Of a DNA stretch of 64,000 nucleotides, positions 17,799-29,736 are shown in pieces. The position numbers and the translations under genes were made by a program. Origin of the DNA: Lentimicrobiaceae bacterium (GTDB lineage Bacteria; Bacteroidota; Bacteroidia; Bacteroidales; JAGNHN01); the NCBI GenBank assembly GCA_018001695.1, contig JAGNHN010000006.1, forward strand, positions 12,358 to 76,357. The letters run 5' to 3'. The stretch's first letter is position 1. Every line of letters starts with the position of its first letter. Below the pieces are notes generated by a model. The model saw nothing but the letters and a program-made list of their open reading frames with translations, did not search any database and had not been told where the DNA came from.

Positions 17799-19523
17799 AT
17801 GAAGAGATACCACTTTTTTTTCGTTGTACTAGCGTTTAGCCTGACAACCCTCAGCCTGGCTCAGTCCGGCATTCCCTTGCTGAATCCCAGCATCCAGGGT
17901 CTGTATCATGTTGAATCCGTGGATGAATTACAATCCCGTGACGCCATGCAGCTCTTGTTTACACCCACACCACCACCGGGTGGTATGGTGACAAATATTG
18001 CAGAATTCAACCGGATGCAGGGGGTGCTGATTACATTCAGGAGCGGATTTGGGATCCCTTACAATCTCATAGCTGAGATGGCTGAGGACGTCACCTTATA
18101 TACCATAGTGACTGGAGCCGCACAGGAAACCACGGTCAGGACACTTTACCAGAACGCCGGGGTGAACCTGTCGAATTGTCAGTTCGTCTATGCACCAAGT
18201 GATTCTTATTGGACGAGGGACTATGGGCCATGGTTTATTAAGTCAGATTCGGGCTATGTTGCCATTGTTGATTTTCCCTACAACCGTCCACGCCCAAATG
18301 ACAATAATGTCCCCGTTGTGATGTCGTCCTACCTCGGGATACCACTATTTGGAATGAACCTGATTCATACAGGTGGGAATTATATGACAGATGGGATGGG
18401 CATTTCAGCCAGTACAACCCTGGTTCAGACCGAAAATCCCACGCTGAGTCTTACACAGATCCAACAATATGTGCAGAATTACCTGGGAGTGCATACATAC
18501 CATCTCAACGTGGATCCATTGGGGCAATATATTGAGCATATAGATTGTTGGGGCAAGTTCCTTGATGTGGATAAAATTCTGATAGGGGAGGTACCCCCAT
18601 CGCATCCGCGTTACCTTAATTACGAGGCTGTCGCATCCTATTATGCCACCAGCATATCTTCATATGGTACACCATATCAGGTTTTCAGGGTTTATTCGCC
18701 GGATGGACAACCATATACTAATTCGCTAATACTGAATAATAAAGTGCTTGTTCCGATAGTTAGCTCGGCAAGCGCAGCAGTATGGAATGCGCCAGCTCTG
18801 GCTGTTTATCAGCAGGCCATGCCAGGTTATGAAGTTCTTGGTTTCATGCAAGCCAGCAATGCCCCCTGGCAGTCAACCGATGCATTGCATTGTCGAACAA
18901 AGGGTGTCGCAGATATCAGATTGCTGGATATCAGACATTTACCATTATCTGGTAATATTCCGGCCCAAAATGGTTTTGAAATACGGGCAAGGATTCAGGC
19001 TTATGCGGATTCGGGATTGGTCATGGACTCTGTCAGGCTGGTTTACAGGGTAAATGGTGGAAACTGGAGCAGTTTACAAATGGTGCAGGACACAGCCAGG
19101 GACTTTGTAGCCATGATTCCGGCACAGGGTAATGGCAGTGAGGTCGATTATTATGTTAGTGCGAAGGATTCAACAGGGCGTAAGGAAACACATCCATTTA
19201 TCGGGGGATTTGATCCGCATTCATTTACAGTCACAGGTTACACCGGACTAGACGGCAGTAGTCGCAATGAATTAAAAATCAGTGTTTATCCGAATCCTGC
19301 CACAGATTATACATTCCTGCGATTTCATTTGAGTACAGTTTCGGATGCGTCTTTGGTTGTCATGGATATGGGTGGAAGGATTGTCCGCGAGACAAAGTTG
19401 CATTCGATGACTCCAGGTGAGCAATTCTGGAAACTGGATCTTAAGGGTATTGAAAAAGGGAGTTACGTTATAAATATCATTTCGAATCTGGGTAAGCAGA
19501 CTGCAAAGCTGGTTGTTTTATAA
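17799..19523 (+). CDS. Agmatine/peptidylarginine deiminase family protein with T9SS sorting domain
   Basis: Signal peptide; WTRDYGPW, GGNYMTDG, EHIDCWGKF and ALHCRT (catalytic D/H/C); C-terminal VYPNPA...DMGGR...GSYVI...KLVVL. Confidence 0.9.
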   Translation: MKRYHFFFVVLAFSLTTLSLAQSGIPLLNPSIQGLYHVESVDELQSRDAMQLLFTPTPPPGGMVTNIAEFNRMQGVLITFRSGFGIPYNLIAEMAEDVTLYTIVTGAAQETTVRTLYQNAGVNLSNCQFVYAPSDSYWTRDYGPWFIKSDSGYVAIVDFPYNRPRPNDNNVPVVMSSYLGIPLFGMNLIHTGGNYMTDGMGISASTTLVQTENPTLSLTQIQQYVQNYLGVHTYHLNVDPLGQYIEHIDCWGKFLDVDKILIGEVPPSHPRYLNYEAVASYYATSISSYGTPYQVFRVYSPDGQPYTNSLILNNKVLVPIVSSASAAVWNAPALAVYQQAMPGYEVLGFMQASNAPWQSTDALHCRTKGVADIRLLDIRHLPLSGNIPAQNGFEIRARIQAYADSGLVMDSVRLVYRVNGGNWSSLQMVQDTARDFVAMIPAQGNGSEVDYYVSAKDSTGRKETHPFIGGFDPHSFTVTGYTGLDGSSRNELKISVYPNPATDYTFLRFHLSTVSDASLVVMDMGGRIVRETKLHSMTPGEQFWKLDLKGIEKGSYVINIISNLGKQTAKLVVL

Positions 19524-19745
19524 AAGAAACAAGAGCATTATAAGAGGTTTATCCGGAGACATTGTTCAATCTTTCCTTCTAACAATGTGAGTGGGTCGTT
19601 CAGTAGAATGGGACACTTAGTGTATATGCAATCTGATTGTAATACAGTTATTTATGAGTAATACAGCAGTATAGGCATATATAAGATATTGTTCTGTAAT
19701 TATCCTGATAATTTATATTATGTTAAGTAGGAAGGATAATAAGAT

Positions 19746-19775
19746 AACAGGGTGAGTATATGTACCCACCCTGTT
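19746..19775. terminator. Hairpin between convergent genes (probable terminator)
   Basis: AACAGGGTG (19746-19754) pairs with CACCCTGTT (19767-19775). Confidence 0.5.
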
Positions 19776-19821
19776 GCTCAATGACTGAATATCCTTTGAT
19801 GGCTGGTTCTGCCCCTCTGCC

Positions 19822-20970
19822 TTACTGGTTGCCCAGGTTTTGCAATGCTTCGTTCACTTTCTTCAACTTCTCCAGCTGATTCGTGCGGGCATAAATTTCC
19901 TTGAGAGCAATCAGCGTATCCCTGTCCTGTGGATTGATCTCATTCGCCTTTTCCAGATATGGCAATGCATCGTTCAGTAACTTATCGGCTTTGGCCTTTT
20001 CTGTATCGTACTTGGGGTCATTGAGCGGAAGCTTGTTCGCCTCTTCGATGATGGTTGCAGCCCGGTTCACATACAATGCACCAAGGTTATACTGTGGATC
20101 AAAATATGTCTGATCAAGTTCGATAGCTTGTTTATAAGCTGCTTCTGCTTTCTCCTTCTCTCCCATCTGGTCGTATGTTGTTCCTACGGCAAAGAAAATG
20201 GTTGGGTTCGTATTATCCAACTGAATGGCTAATTCCAGGTTTTCACGGGCACCTTTGAGATCTCCTTTACCCAGGAAATGATTTGTTTCTGCGATGATCA
20301 GGTTAAAATCGTTAGGGTGTTTGGTTCTGCCCTGGCGAATCACTGATTCAGCCATTGAAGTATCACCCTGATCCCTATAGATACCAGCTAACGAGCTGTA
20401 TATTATTGTGTTGTGATACCCCACTTCAATCAATTGCTGATATAAACTCTTGGCAGTTTTGGCATCCCCTGCCAGTTCACTGCATAAAGCGGCATTAAAG
20501 ATGGAGAGGGTGTCGATTCTGCCAAAACTGGCATTGATGTCTTTTGCCTTGATAAAATCCTGGGCAGCCTGAGCGAAGGTCTGGTTGTTGTATCCAGTCA
20601 CGCCCCTGTTGTAGAACTGCTCTGAGATGATCAGGAACCTGTCCTGGATTTCACCGGCATATTCCTTCTTTTGATCCAATTCAACGGCTTTGGCATAGGA
20701 TTCATGTGCAATCTCCAGTGCCTGGGTGCTCAATCCCTGGTATTTAGGATCATCAGACAACTGTATAGCAAGGTATACATTGCCCCTGTAGAACCATGTC
20801 TTAGCAGCACCCATGGTTTTTTCATGAGTGATTGTAGGATCGATAGCTTCTTTGGCTTTGTCTAGTTGACCATTGCGCAAATAATTGTAAGCGCTAACCA
20901 CCTTAGCCGTCTGCCCCATGACAGACCCCATGACCAGTGCGAACGTCAGGACTCCGATTAATCTTTTCAT
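19822..20970 (-). CDS. Exported tetratricopeptide repeat protein (commonly downstream of gyrA in Bacteroidota)
   Basis: Signal peptide and multiple TPR repeats (AKTWFYRGNVY, YNLGALY, ALPYLEKA). Confidence 0.9.
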   Translation of the reverse strand: MKRLIGVLTFALVMGSVMGQTAKVVSAYNYLRNGQLDKAKEAIDPTITHEKTMGAAKTWFYRGNVYLAIQLSDDPKYQGLSTQALEIAHESYAKAVELDQKKEYAGEIQDRFLIISEQFYNRGVTGYNNQTFAQAAQDFIKAKDINASFGRIDTLSIFNAALCSELAGDAKTAKSLYQQLIEVGYHNTIIYSSLAGIYRDQGDTSMAESVIRQGRTKHPNDFNLIIAETNHFLGKGDLKGARENLELAIQLDNTNPTIFFAVGTTYDQMGEKEKAEAAYKQAIELDQTYFDPQYNLGALYVNRAATIIEEANKLPLNDPKYDTEKAKADKLLNDALPYLEKANEINPQDRDTLIALKEIYARTNQLEKLKKVNEALQNLGNQ

Positions 20971-21037
20971 TGTGTTGAGTTTAAGTTTACTGCGGTCTCT
21001 CGACCCTTCAAATATAGGTTCAATTCCAGATATACCA

Positions 21038-21067
21038 AAAAGCCTGCCAATAATTCAGCAGGCTTTT
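21038..21067 (-). terminator. Intrinsic terminator of gyrA
   Basis: AAAAGCCTGC pairs with GCAGGCTTTT; T-run on the minus strand. Confidence 0.7.
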
Positions 21068-21075
21068 CTTGAATA

Positions 21076-23619
21076 TTAATCAGCTTGATTCTCGTGGCTT
21101 GTAGCTTCCGATTCTTCGCTCCCCTCCCCTATTTCTATATTCTCAATACCCTCATTATCAATATCTTGATCATCGGTATCATCTGTTTCAACCTTGGCTA
21201 CAGCAGCGATGGCATCGTTATCACGCAGGTCGATGAGTTTCACACCCTGGGTTGCGCGGCCCATCACTCTCAGTGTGGCTACAGAGATACGGATGATGAG
21301 ACCCGAGCGGTTGATAATCATCAGGTCATCGGAATCTGCGACGGCTTTGATCGCGATGAGGTCTCCGGTTTTATCAGTGATATTGATGGTTTTCACCCCT
21401 TTGCCACCCCTGTTGGTGACCCTGTAATCGTCAAGGCTTGAGCGTTTTCCGTAGCCATTTTCGGAAACGACAAGTATATCCTGACTTCCGTTTTCGAGGC
21501 AAATCATACCTATGACCTCATCTTTCGATCCTCCCAGGGTGATACCCCGAACGCCGGAAGCATTACGTCCCATGGGCCTGACTGTCTGCTCATTAAATCT
21601 GATCGCCCGGCCACTACGGAGTGCCATCACAATCTCATTGGTACCGTTGGTCAGCCTGGCTTCCAGCAACTGGTCATCATCCCTGACCGTAATGGCATTG
21701 ATCCCTGACTGTCTGGGCCTTGAATAGGCTTCCAGGCTGGTCTTTTTAATAATCCCTTTGCGCGTACAGAGAACGATGAAGTTGTTGTTAATGTAATCTT
21801 CTTCCTTAAGATTTTTCACATTGATAAAGGCCCGCACCCGGTCATCCGGTTCGATGTTGATCATGTTCTGGATGGCCCTTCCTTTGGATGTTTTATTTCC
21901 TTCAGGGATCTCAAAAACCCTTAACCAGAAGCACTTACCCTTCTCTGTGAAAAAGAGCATGTAATTGTGCATGGAGGCTATGTAGAGGTATTCGAGGAAA
22001 TCATCTCCCCGGATATTGGAGCCTTTGGCACCTCGTCCTCCTCTGTTCTGACGGCGGTATTCTGTTAGCGGTGTACGTTTGATATAACCCAGGTGAGAGA
22101 TGGTGATGACGACGTCTTCGTCTGCAATGGTGTCTTCGATCCTAAAGTCTTTGGCAGCGTAGACAATCTCTGTTCTGGCATCATCTCCATATTTTTCTTT
22201 GATTTCGGTCAGTTCCTGCTTGATGATGTCCATCCTCATCCACTCATGTTCCAGGATTTCCTTGTAAAGACGGATCTTATCCATGATTTCCTGGTACTCC
22301 TCTTTGATCTTTTCCCTTTCGAGTCCGGTCAGTCTCTGGAGTCGCATATCCAGGATAGCGCGGGCCTGTTCTTCGCTAAGATTGAAATTGGAAATCAGTC
22401 CATTGCGTGCTTCTTCCGGTGTTTGTGAAGCGCGAATGAGTGCTATCACGGCATCCAGGTGATCCAGTGCAATGAGCAGGCCTTCCAGGATATGGGCTCT
22501 TTTCTCTGCCTGAGCGAGGTCGTAGCGCGTCCTTCTGACAATCACCTCATGGCGATGATTGACGAAATGCCGGATAAGGTCTTTAAGGTTAAGCAGGACA
22601 GGCCGGCCATCGACCAGGGCGATGTTGTTGACGCTGAATGAGGTCTGCAGGGGTGTGAGTTGATAGAGCTTATTGAGAACGACATTGGTAATGACATCCC
22701 TTTTCAGTTCATACACGATGCGCAGGCCGCTGCGGTCACTTTCATCCCGGATATCTGTGATGCCCTCAATTTTCTTTTCGTTGATGAGGTCAGCTGTCTT
22801 TTTAATTAGCTCAGACTTATTGACCTGGTAAGGGATCGACGTCACGATGATGTTTTCCCTGCCCTGTTCATCAGGTTCTATCCTGGCTTCACCGCGGATC
22901 ACGATTCTGCCACGACCTGTTTCATAAGCTTCTCGGACGCCTTCATAGCCATAGATCACTCCACCCGTTGGAAAATCAGGAGCTTTAATGAACTTCATCA
23001 GTTCAGGGACAGTAATCTCATTGTTATCAATGAAGGCGATGGTTCCATCGACCACTTCACTGAGGTTATGTGGGGGCATATTGGTAGCCATCCCGACGGC
23101 AATACCTGAGGCGCCGTTGACGAGCAGGTTAGGTATCCTGGCAGGCAGCACGGAGGGTTCTTCCAGAGAATCATCGAAATTCAGCTGAAAGTTCACTGTA
23201 TCCTTGTCGATGTCTGTCAACATTTCCTCGGCGATCTTCTGCAGTCTTGCTTCGGTGTAACGCATGGCCGCGGGGCTGTCTCCGTCAATGGACCCAAAGT
23301 TTCCTTGTCCATCAACCAGTGGATATCGCAGCGACCATTCCTGGGCCATCCTGACCATGGCATCATAGACAGAGATATCTCCATGCGGGTGGTATTTACC
23401 AAGCACTTCTCCCACGATCCTGGCTGATTTCTTGTAAGGCCTGTTTGAGAGAACGCCCAGATCGAGCATACCATATAATACCCGGCGGTGAACCGGTTTA
23501 AGTCCGTCCCTGACATCTGGCAGGGCACGTGACACTATGACCGACATTGAATAATCAATGTAGGCCGACTTCATTTGGTTTTCGATATTAACCTTGATAA
23601 TCTTTTCGCCTTCTATCAT
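21076..23619 (-). CDS. gyrA: DNA gyrase subunit A
   Basis: [32 protein letters not shown], GyrA box QNRGGRG, C-terminal pinwheel repeats and acidic tail. Confidence 0.98.
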   Translation of the reverse strand: MIEGEKIIKVNIENQMKSAYIDYSMSVIVSRALPDVRDGLKPVHRRVLYGMLDLGVLSNRPYKKSARIVGEVLGKYHPHGDISVYDAMVRMAQEWSLRYPLVDGQGNFGSIDGDSPAAMRYTEARLQKIAEEMLTDIDKDTVNFQLNFDDSLEEPSVLPARIPNLLVNGASGIAVGMATNMPPHNLSEVVDGTIAFIDNNEITVPELMKFIKAPDFPTGGVIYGYEGVREAYETGRGRIVIRGEARIEPDEQGRENIIVTSIPYQVNKSELIKKTADLINEKKIEGITDIRDESDRSGLRIVYELKRDVITNVVLNKLYQLTPLQTSFSVNNIALVDGRPVLLNLKDLIRHFVNHRHEVIVRRTRYDLAQAEKRAHILEGLLIALDHLDAVIALIRASQTPEEARNGLISNFNLSEEQARAILDMRLQRLTGLEREKIKEEYQEIMDKIRLYKEILEHEWMRMDIIKQELTEIKEKYGDDARTEIVYAAKDFRIEDTIADEDVVITISHLGYIKRTPLTEYRRQNRGGRGAKGSNIRGDDFLEYLYIASMHNYMLFFTEKGKCFWLRVFEIPEGNKTSKGRAIQNMINIEPDDRVRAFINVKNLKEEDYINNNFIVLCTRKGIIKKTSLEAYSRPRQSGINAITVRDDDQLLEARLTNGTNEIVMALRSGRAIRFNEQTVRPMGRNASGVRGITLGGSKDEVIGMICLENGSQDILVVSENGYGKRSSLDDYRVTNRGGKGVKTINITDKTGDLIAIKAVADSDDLMIINRSGLIIRISVATLRVMGRATQGVKLIDLRDNDAIAAVAKVETDDTDDQDIDNEGIENIEIGEGSEESEATSHENQAD

Positions 23620-23653
23620 ATCGTTCTGTTACGCGCTGTTAAGAGTTCCCTGA

Positions 23654-23992
23654 TCAATGAAGCAATGCGCCAGGTTCAACCGGTCTTTCAGGTTGAGCGA
23701 TGACGATTCGGCCCTTATTGTCTTGAATTCCAGTGAGTAAAAACTGAGAAACAAAGGTACCAATCTGTTTTGGAGGCAGGTTGACAACTCCCAAAATCTG
23801 CATCCCGATCAATTCCTCCGCTGTGTAGAGGTGCGTGATCTGGGCACTGGTTTTCAGTAAGCCAATATCATCGCCAAAGTCTGCCCAAATCTTGTAAGCA
23901 GGTTGGTGGGCATCGGGGAAGTCCTGTACGTCCACAATGCTGCCAACCCGGATTTCTATCGACGTAAACTCTTCCCAGCTAATTTGTTTCAT
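23654..23992 (-). CDS. csaA: tRNA-binding OB-fold protein / export chaperone CsaA
   Basis: IRVGSIV...PAYKIWADFG...TSAQIT...VVNLPPKQIG. Confidence 0.9.
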   Translation of the reverse strand: MKQISWEEFTSIEIRVGSIVDVQDFPDAHQPAYKIWADFGDDIGLLKTSAQITHLYTAEELIGMQILGVVNLPPKQIGTFVSQFLLTGIQDNKGRIVIAQPERPVEPGALLH

Positions 23993-24263
23993 GATCAGAT
24001 TTCATTCAAAGAATAATTGTTATCTTATTGATTTACAGTATGTAAACAATAAAGAAACAAGATTACGAAGATACAGTTTTTCCCTGAAAAATTCCTCATT
24101 TATATTATAAACATGCTCATGTTGAAAATACAGGGATCCTGACAAATTTTGGTGGATAGTTTGAGGCCTAAATTTGAAACCTGCATCAACATGACTAGGT
24201 ATAATTTTCATTGTAAGAACTTATTTATACCCTTGCTTGTTGTATGTCATATTGTTTTGGCGT

Positions 24264-24271
24264 TATTTTTG
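24264..24271 (+). promoter_or_regulatory. -7 promoter box upstream of clpC
   Basis: TATTTTTG matches TAnnTTTG. Confidence 0.45.
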
Positions 24272-24357
24272 ATAGACCAGTTTGCCATCTTGTCGTTATA
24301 GGTGCAAAGGGTTGAAAGGCAAGGAAGCAAGGAATTTATGATATCAGGAGGTATTGG

Positions 24358-26931
24358 ATGGAAGCGAAATTCTCTCAACGGGTTAAGGATGTCCTGACAT
24401 ACAGTCGCGAAGAAGCACTCAGGTTGGGCAACGATTATATAGGAGTAGAACATTTATTACTGGGTATGATCAGGGAAGGTGAAGGCATGGGAATGCAGAT
24501 TCTCTCCTACCTGGGTGTGGATGTTGAAGAAATAAGGAAAGCCATAGAGCAGACCATTGGTAAGCCGGTCATTCAGGCACGGCAATTGGAAAACATTCCG
24601 CTGGTCAAGCAGGCTGAGCGTGCTTTGAAGATCACCTACCTCGAGGCGCGGTTTTTCAATAGTGAATTGATCGGCACTGAGCATCTGTTACTGGCCATAC
24701 TCAAGGATGAAGAAAATCTTGTCAGCCGCACTGTTCAAAAGTATGGCGTAGATTATCAGTCAGTTCGGGATGAATTGAAAGCCATGATTTCCAATCGCGA
24801 TAAGAACCGAGGAATGGTGAATCCCAAGGATGAGTTACCCGGGGGCGGGACCGCCGATGACGAAGAAGGTGAGGATGAAGGCAGGGGATATGGCAGCAGT
24901 CAGAAGAAAGGTGCTGATTCCAAATCGCGGACACCGGTTCTGGATAATTTCGGGCGGGATATTACGCGGGCTGCTGAAGAAGGCAGGTTGGATCCCATTG
25001 TAGGCCGGGAGAAGGAATTACAGCGTATTGCTCAGATTCTTAGCCGTCGAAAGAAAAATAACCCAATACTCATCGGTGAGCCAGGTGTGGGCAAGTCGGC
25101 CATTGCTGAAGGCCTTGCATTGCGCATTGTTCAGCGGAAAGTTTCAAGAGCCCTTTTCAACAAGCGTTTGTTCACCCTTGACCTGGCATCGCTGGTTGCG
25201 GGAACCAAATATCGTGGACAGTTTGAAGAGCGAATGAAGGCGGTATTGAATGAACTGGAGAAGAATCCGGATATTATTCTTTTCATTGATGAGATCCATA
25301 CCATCGTAGGCGCCGGCAATGCCAGCGGTTCCCTGGATGCATCCAATATGTTCAAACCTGCTCTGGCGAGAGGTGAGATTCAGTGCATCGGGGCAACAAC
25401 GCTGGATGAATACAGGCAATACATTGAGAAAGATGGTGCGCTGGAGCGGCGTTTCCAGAAGATCCTGGTGGATCCCACCTCTCCTGAAGAGACTGTGGAA
25501 ATCCTACATAATATCAAAGAGAAATACGAAGATCACCACCTTGTTACATACACGGATGAAGCCATAGATGCATGTGTCTCGCTGACTTCCAGGTATATGA
25601 GTGATCGTTATTTACCGGATAAGGCCATTGATGCGCTTGATGAAGCCGGAAGCCGTGTGCACATTACCAATATTATTGTCCCCAAGGAGATTGTCACCAT
25701 TGAAGAAGATATAGAGCGTTGCAAGGAACATAAGACCAGAGCCATCAACAGCCAGAAGTTTGAAGAGGCGGCCAAATACCGGGATCAGGAGCGGCTGCTG
25801 CAGGAAAGTCTGGAGAAGGCGAAGCGAAAATGGGAAGAAGAGGCCAAAATCAACCGTGAATTGGTAACAGCAGAAGAAGTAGCTGAAGTTGTTGCCATGA
25901 TGACCGGTGTTCCTGTTCAACGTATTGCCCAAAATGAGGGATTACGCCTGGTCAGGATGGAGGAAGAGCTCGAAGGGGCTGTTATCGGTCAGAACGATGC
26001 TATCAAGAAGGTGGTAAAGGCCATCAGGCGGAATCGTGCCGGTCTTAAGGATCCTCAGAAGCCCATTGGTACCTTTATTTTCCTGGGACCGACAGGGGTT
26101 GGCAAGACACATCTTGCGAAGGTTTTGGCACGCTATCTCTTTGATTCTGAGGATGCCCTTATTCGTATCGACATGAGCGAATACATGGAGAAGTTTGCTG
26201 TCTCGCGGCTCGTCGGTGCCCCTCCGGGGTATGTCGGATATGAAGAAGGAGGTCAGCTTACCGAAAAAGTGAGGAGAAAGCCCTATAGTATTGTGTTGCT
26301 GGATGAGATAGAGAAAGCCCATCCCGATGTTTACCACCTCCTTTTACAGGTACTTGATGATGGTGTGCTCACGGATAGTTTCGGACGCAGGGTTGATTTC
26401 AAGAATACTATTGTCATCATGACTTCCAACATTGGGTCCCGTCAACTCAAGGACTTCGGTCAGGGAGTGGGGTTCGCTACAAGTTCCAGGATGGGTTCCA
26501 GCGCTGATCATGCCCGCAGTGTCATTGAAAACGCCCTCAAGAAGACGTTCGCTCCGGAATTCCTGAACCGCATAGATGACATCATTATATTCAATTCGCT
26601 TGAGCGTGAGGATATTCACAAGATCATTGACATCGAGCTCAGTCATCTTCACAAGCGCCTGGAGAAGTTAGGATACGAGTTGGAGGTAACAGATACTGCC
26701 AAGGATTACATTATTGAAAAGGGATGGGATGCGCAATTTGGCGCCAGGCCATTGAAAAGGGCCATCCAGAAATACATTGAAGATGTGCTCGCAGAAGAGA
26801 TCATCAAAAATGTGCTCCAGGCAGGCGACAGGATCTATGTGGATCATGAGGAAGGCAAAGATGATATGACCATCGACATTCGCAAAGGGACACCTCTACC
26901 TGCGAATGCGACGGAACCGAAGGATAATTAG
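24358..26931 (+). CDS. clpC: ATP-dependent Clp protease ATP-binding subunit ClpC
   Basis: Clp-N repeats, two AAA+ modules (GEPGVGKS; GPTGVGKT), UVR middle domain, [18 protein letters not shown]. Confidence 0.96.
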   Translation: MEAKFSQRVKDVLTYSREEALRLGNDYIGVEHLLLGMIREGEGMGMQILSYLGVDVEEIRKAIEQTIGKPVIQARQLENIPLVKQAERALKITYLEARFFNSELIGTEHLLLAILKDEENLVSRTVQKYGVDYQSVRDELKAMISNRDKNRGMVNPKDELPGGGTADDEEGEDEGRGYGSSQKKGADSKSRTPVLDNFGRDITRAAEEGRLDPIVGREKELQRIAQILSRRKKNNPILIGEPGVGKSAIAEGLALRIVQRKVSRALFNKRLFTLDLASLVAGTKYRGQFEERMKAVLNELEKNPDIILFIDEIHTIVGAGNASGSLDASNMFKPALARGEIQCIGATTLDEYRQYIEKDGALERRFQKILVDPTSPEETVEILHNIKEKYEDHHLVTYTDEAIDACVSLTSRYMSDRYLPDKAIDALDEAGSRVHITNIIVPKEIVTIEEDIERCKEHKTRAINSQKFEEAAKYRDQERLLQESLEKAKRKWEEEAKINRELVTAEEVAEVVAMMTGVPVQRIAQNEGLRLVRMEEELEGAVIGQNDAIKKVVKAIRRNRAGLKDPQKPIGTFIFLGPTGVGKTHLAKVLARYLFDSEDALIRIDMSEYMEKFAVSRLVGAPPGYVGYEEGGQLTEKVRRKPYSIVLLDEIEKAHPDVYHLLLQVLDDGVLTDSFGRRVDFKNTIVIMTSNIGSRQLKDFGQGVGFATSSRMGSSADHARSVIENALKKTFAPEFLNRIDDIIIFNSLEREDIHKIIDIELSHLHKRLEKLGYELEVTDTAKDYIIEKGWDAQFGARPLKRAIQKYIEDVLAEEIIKNVLQAGDRIYVDHEEGKDDMTIDIRKGTPLPANATEPKDN

Positions 26932-26948
26932 TAAATAGTCAAAGGGAT

Positions 26949-28652
26949 CTACATCCTGAAATCGGAGATATCCCTGGTGGTGATGTGGTTGATATAGCTC
27001 ACCATTCCGATGTTGGCTGAACGGCCGTAACGAATAAACACTTCAGCTGTTTTGGTGTAGGTTTCATCCCTGTCTGCATCGAACAAAACCAGGTACCCCA
27101 TGATGATGTGGCCTGCCATTTCAACGAGTCGACGTGCGTGGAAGTCCAGCGTCTCGCTATCGTCTGACTCGGTCACCTTCTGCACCGTTTTGTCAAACTG
27201 ATCCGTCATTCGGGTCAGGCTGGCTTTCAGATGCTCCAGTCCTGGCTTAACCTTGCGCTCTTCATATTCCCGCATCAGCTTCAGAAAAGCGCCATTACCT
27301 ACGCCACGAATGGCTGCAACAACCTGAAGCTGTGAGGTTCCTTCGTAGATCGTGGTGATACGCGCATCCCTGTAGATCCGCTCGATCGGAAAATCCTTCA
27401 TAAAGCCGGTACCGCCATGAATCTGCAGGGCGTCGTATGCGATCTGGTTGCAGTATTCGCTGCTGAACAGTTTGAGAAGTGGAGTGAGGAAATCGGCATT
27501 ACGCTGGTAATACTTCATATCCTGCCTTTCTTCAGCATCCAGTTTCCTATGTTCGCCGAGTTGTCCGTAGCTCTTATAGATGTCCACGAAGCGACAGGTT
27601 TCATAAAGCAAGGAACGGATGGCATCTGTCTTCACCTTCATCTGGGTAAGCATCTCAAAGACAGCCGGATACTTGATGATAGATTTCCCGAACTGCTCGC
27701 GCTCCATGGCATACTTGTAAGCTTCGCGGTAGGCAGCCTCAGCAATACCAACGGATTGGGCACCCACACCCAGACGGGCGGAATTCATCAGGGACATGAC
27801 GTATTTGATCAGACCCAGTTTTCGCTCACCGATCAATTTGGCCGGGGCATTGCGAAACACCAGCTCACATGTAGGAGAGCCTTTGATACCCAATTTATTT
27901 TCTATTCTTCTGATTGTTAGTGCCTTTGATGCTCTGTCATAGACAAAGAGCGACAGACCGCGAGCATCTGTGGTTCCTTCTTCTGATCTGGCCAACACCA
28001 GGGAGATATCAGCATCCCCGTTGGTAATGAAGCGTTTTACGCCATTCAGGTACCAGGTGCCAGATGCTTCATCGAATGTAGCCTTGAGTTGAACCGCTTG
28101 CAGATCCGAACCCGCATCCGGCTCTGTAAGGTCCATAGCCGCGGTAGCACCTTTCGGAAAGCGGGGAAGGAATTCGTCCTTAAGTTCTTCAGAAGCAAAC
28201 TCATGGATGGTCTCCGCACAATCCTGCAGGCCCCAGATATTAGCGAATCCGGCATCAGCGCGAGAGACGATCTCAGCGGCCATGACATAGGGCACCAGTG
28301 AGAAATTCAATCCGCCATATTTCCGTGGCAGGGACATCCCAATCATCCCGGCTTTTACAAGGGCTTCGTAATTTTCCTGCGTTCCACGTGCGTATCTGAC
28401 TTCATTATTAATAAGTTCAGGTCCTTCGTGGTCCACTGATTCAGCGTTGGCTGCGACGATATCGCCGCAGATTTCACCTACGATTTCAAGGACGCGATGG
28501 TAACTATCCAGGGCGTCTTCCAGATCGAGGGGGGCTTCATCATACTTCTCTTTCTCGGCATAGTTGTCTTCTTTCAGTCTGACTGCTTTTTCCATCATGG
28601 GATGCGTCAGATGGAAATACAGGTTTTTATTATCGAGATAGAAGTTTTCCAT
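26949..28652 (-). CDS. Acyl-CoA dehydrogenase
   Basis: MDLTEPDAGSDL, GVKRFITNG, KLGIKGSPT, QIHGGTGF, RITTIYEGTSQLQ. Confidence 0.95.
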   Translation of the reverse strand: MENFYLDNKNLYFHLTHPMMEKAVRLKEDNYAEKEKYDEAPLDLEDALDSYHRVLEIVGEICGDIVAANAESVDHEGPELINNEVRYARGTQENYEALVKAGMIGMSLPRKYGGLNFSLVPYVMAAEIVSRADAGFANIWGLQDCAETIHEFASEELKDEFLPRFPKGATAAMDLTEPDAGSDLQAVQLKATFDEASGTWYLNGVKRFITNGDADISLVLARSEEGTTDARGLSLFVYDRASKALTIRRIENKLGIKGSPTCELVFRNAPAKLIGERKLGLIKYVMSLMNSARLGVGAQSVGIAEAAYREAYKYAMEREQFGKSIIKYPAVFEMLTQMKVKTDAIRSLLYETCRFVDIYKSYGQLGEHRKLDAEERQDMKYYQRNADFLTPLLKLFSSEYCNQIAYDALQIHGGTGFMKDFPIERIYRDARITTIYEGTSQLQVVAAIRGVGNGAFLKLMREYEERKVKPGLEHLKASLTRMTDQFDKTVQKVTESDDSETLDFHARRLVEMAGHIIMGYLVLFDADRDETYTKTAEVFIRYGRSANIGMVSYINHITTRDISDFRM

Positions 28653-28687
28653 AATCTTGTAATGAGTTGGTTTGCAATAGTAAATAC

Positions 28688-29710
28688 TTAGCGGATGTTT
28701 TTCTTATAGTATCTGATCATCCTGGGAACGACGTCCTCTACCCTGCCATTGATCGTGAAATCAGCAATCTGATTGATAGGAGCATGAGGATCAGTGTTGA
28801 TGGAGATGATCTGAGCAGACTGGTCCATTCCGGCTCTATGCTGAACTGCGCCCGAAATCCCGCAGGCGATATAGAGCTTGGGTCTAACGGTGATACCTGT
28901 CTGTCCGATTTGCCGCTCATGTTCAGCAAAACCGGCATCAACTGCTGCGCGGGATGCACCGACCTCACCGCCAATCACCTCTGCGAGTTCATGGAGCAGT
29001 TGAAAGTTCTCTTTGGAACCAACGCCATAACCACCTGCAATGATAATCCCTGCATTCTTGATATTGACTTTGCTTTTCTCTACATGGCGTTCAATGATCT
29101 CGATCGCGAGATCTTCTGGGTGGATCATCGTTGCCGTATCGAGCTTCAGGATCTCGCCCCGGTGGTTGGGGTCTGTTATTTCTTTTTTCATGACACCTTC
29201 CCTGACCGTGGCCATCTGTGGTCTGGTATCGGGATTGATGATGGTAGCGATAATGTTGCCACCGAAGGCGGGCCTGATCTGATAAAGCAGCGCAGGATAA
29301 TGTGTGTCTGTTTTCTTCTCGTAGTGCTCCCCTATTTCCAGGCTGGTGCAGTCAGCTGTCAGACCGCATTTAAGGGCTGATGCGACACGGGGGGCAAGAT
29401 CCCTGCCCACAGGGCTGGCACCAAAGAGGGCGACTTCCGGGGTTGACTCCCTGAAAAGGTCAATGACAAGCCGGGCATGCGGGAGTGTCCTGTACGGAAA
29501 CAAGGCTGGATGATCACCAATATGCAGGAAATCAACGCCATAGGGAAGGATTTGTGCTTCAATGCCATCAAGGCCATCTCCTAAAACAATGGCTTCCAGT
29601 TTAATACCCAATTGGTTTGCCAGTTTGCGTCCTTTGGAAAGCAGTTCTAGGCTGACATCAGCCACCATGCGATCTTCATTGATTTCGCAGTATACGAAGA
29701 CGTTATTCAT
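28688..29710 (-). CDS. etfA: Electron transfer flavoprotein alpha subunit
   Basis: GLTADCT, RPAFGGN, VGASRAAVD, QIGQTG, GISGAVQH. Confidence 0.95.
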   Translation of the reverse strand: MNNVFVYCEINEDRMVADVSLELLSKGRKLANQLGIKLEAIVLGDGLDGIEAQILPYGVDFLHIGDHPALFPYRTLPHARLVIDLFRESTPEVALFGASPVGRDLAPRVASALKCGLTADCTSLEIGEHYEKKTDTHYPALLYQIRPAFGGNIIATIINPDTRPQMATVREGVMKKEITDPNHRGEILKLDTATMIHPEDLAIEIIERHVEKSKVNIKNAGIIIAGGYGVGSKENFQLLHELAEVIGGEVGASRAAVDAGFAEHERQIGQTGITVRPKLYIACGISGAVQHRAGMDQSAQIISINTDPHAPINQIADFTINGRVEDVVPRMIRYYKKNIR

Positions 29711-29736
29711 GTGTCCTATTTTAACTGATCTTATTG

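Noticed and set aside
19524-19821. AT-rich 300-bp gap as possible sRNA, MITE or CRISPR remnant
   Set aside because: Only a terminator-like hairpin and one weak inverted repeat (ACATTGTT/AACAATGT); no direct-repeat/spacer periodicity, terminal repeats or clear promoter.
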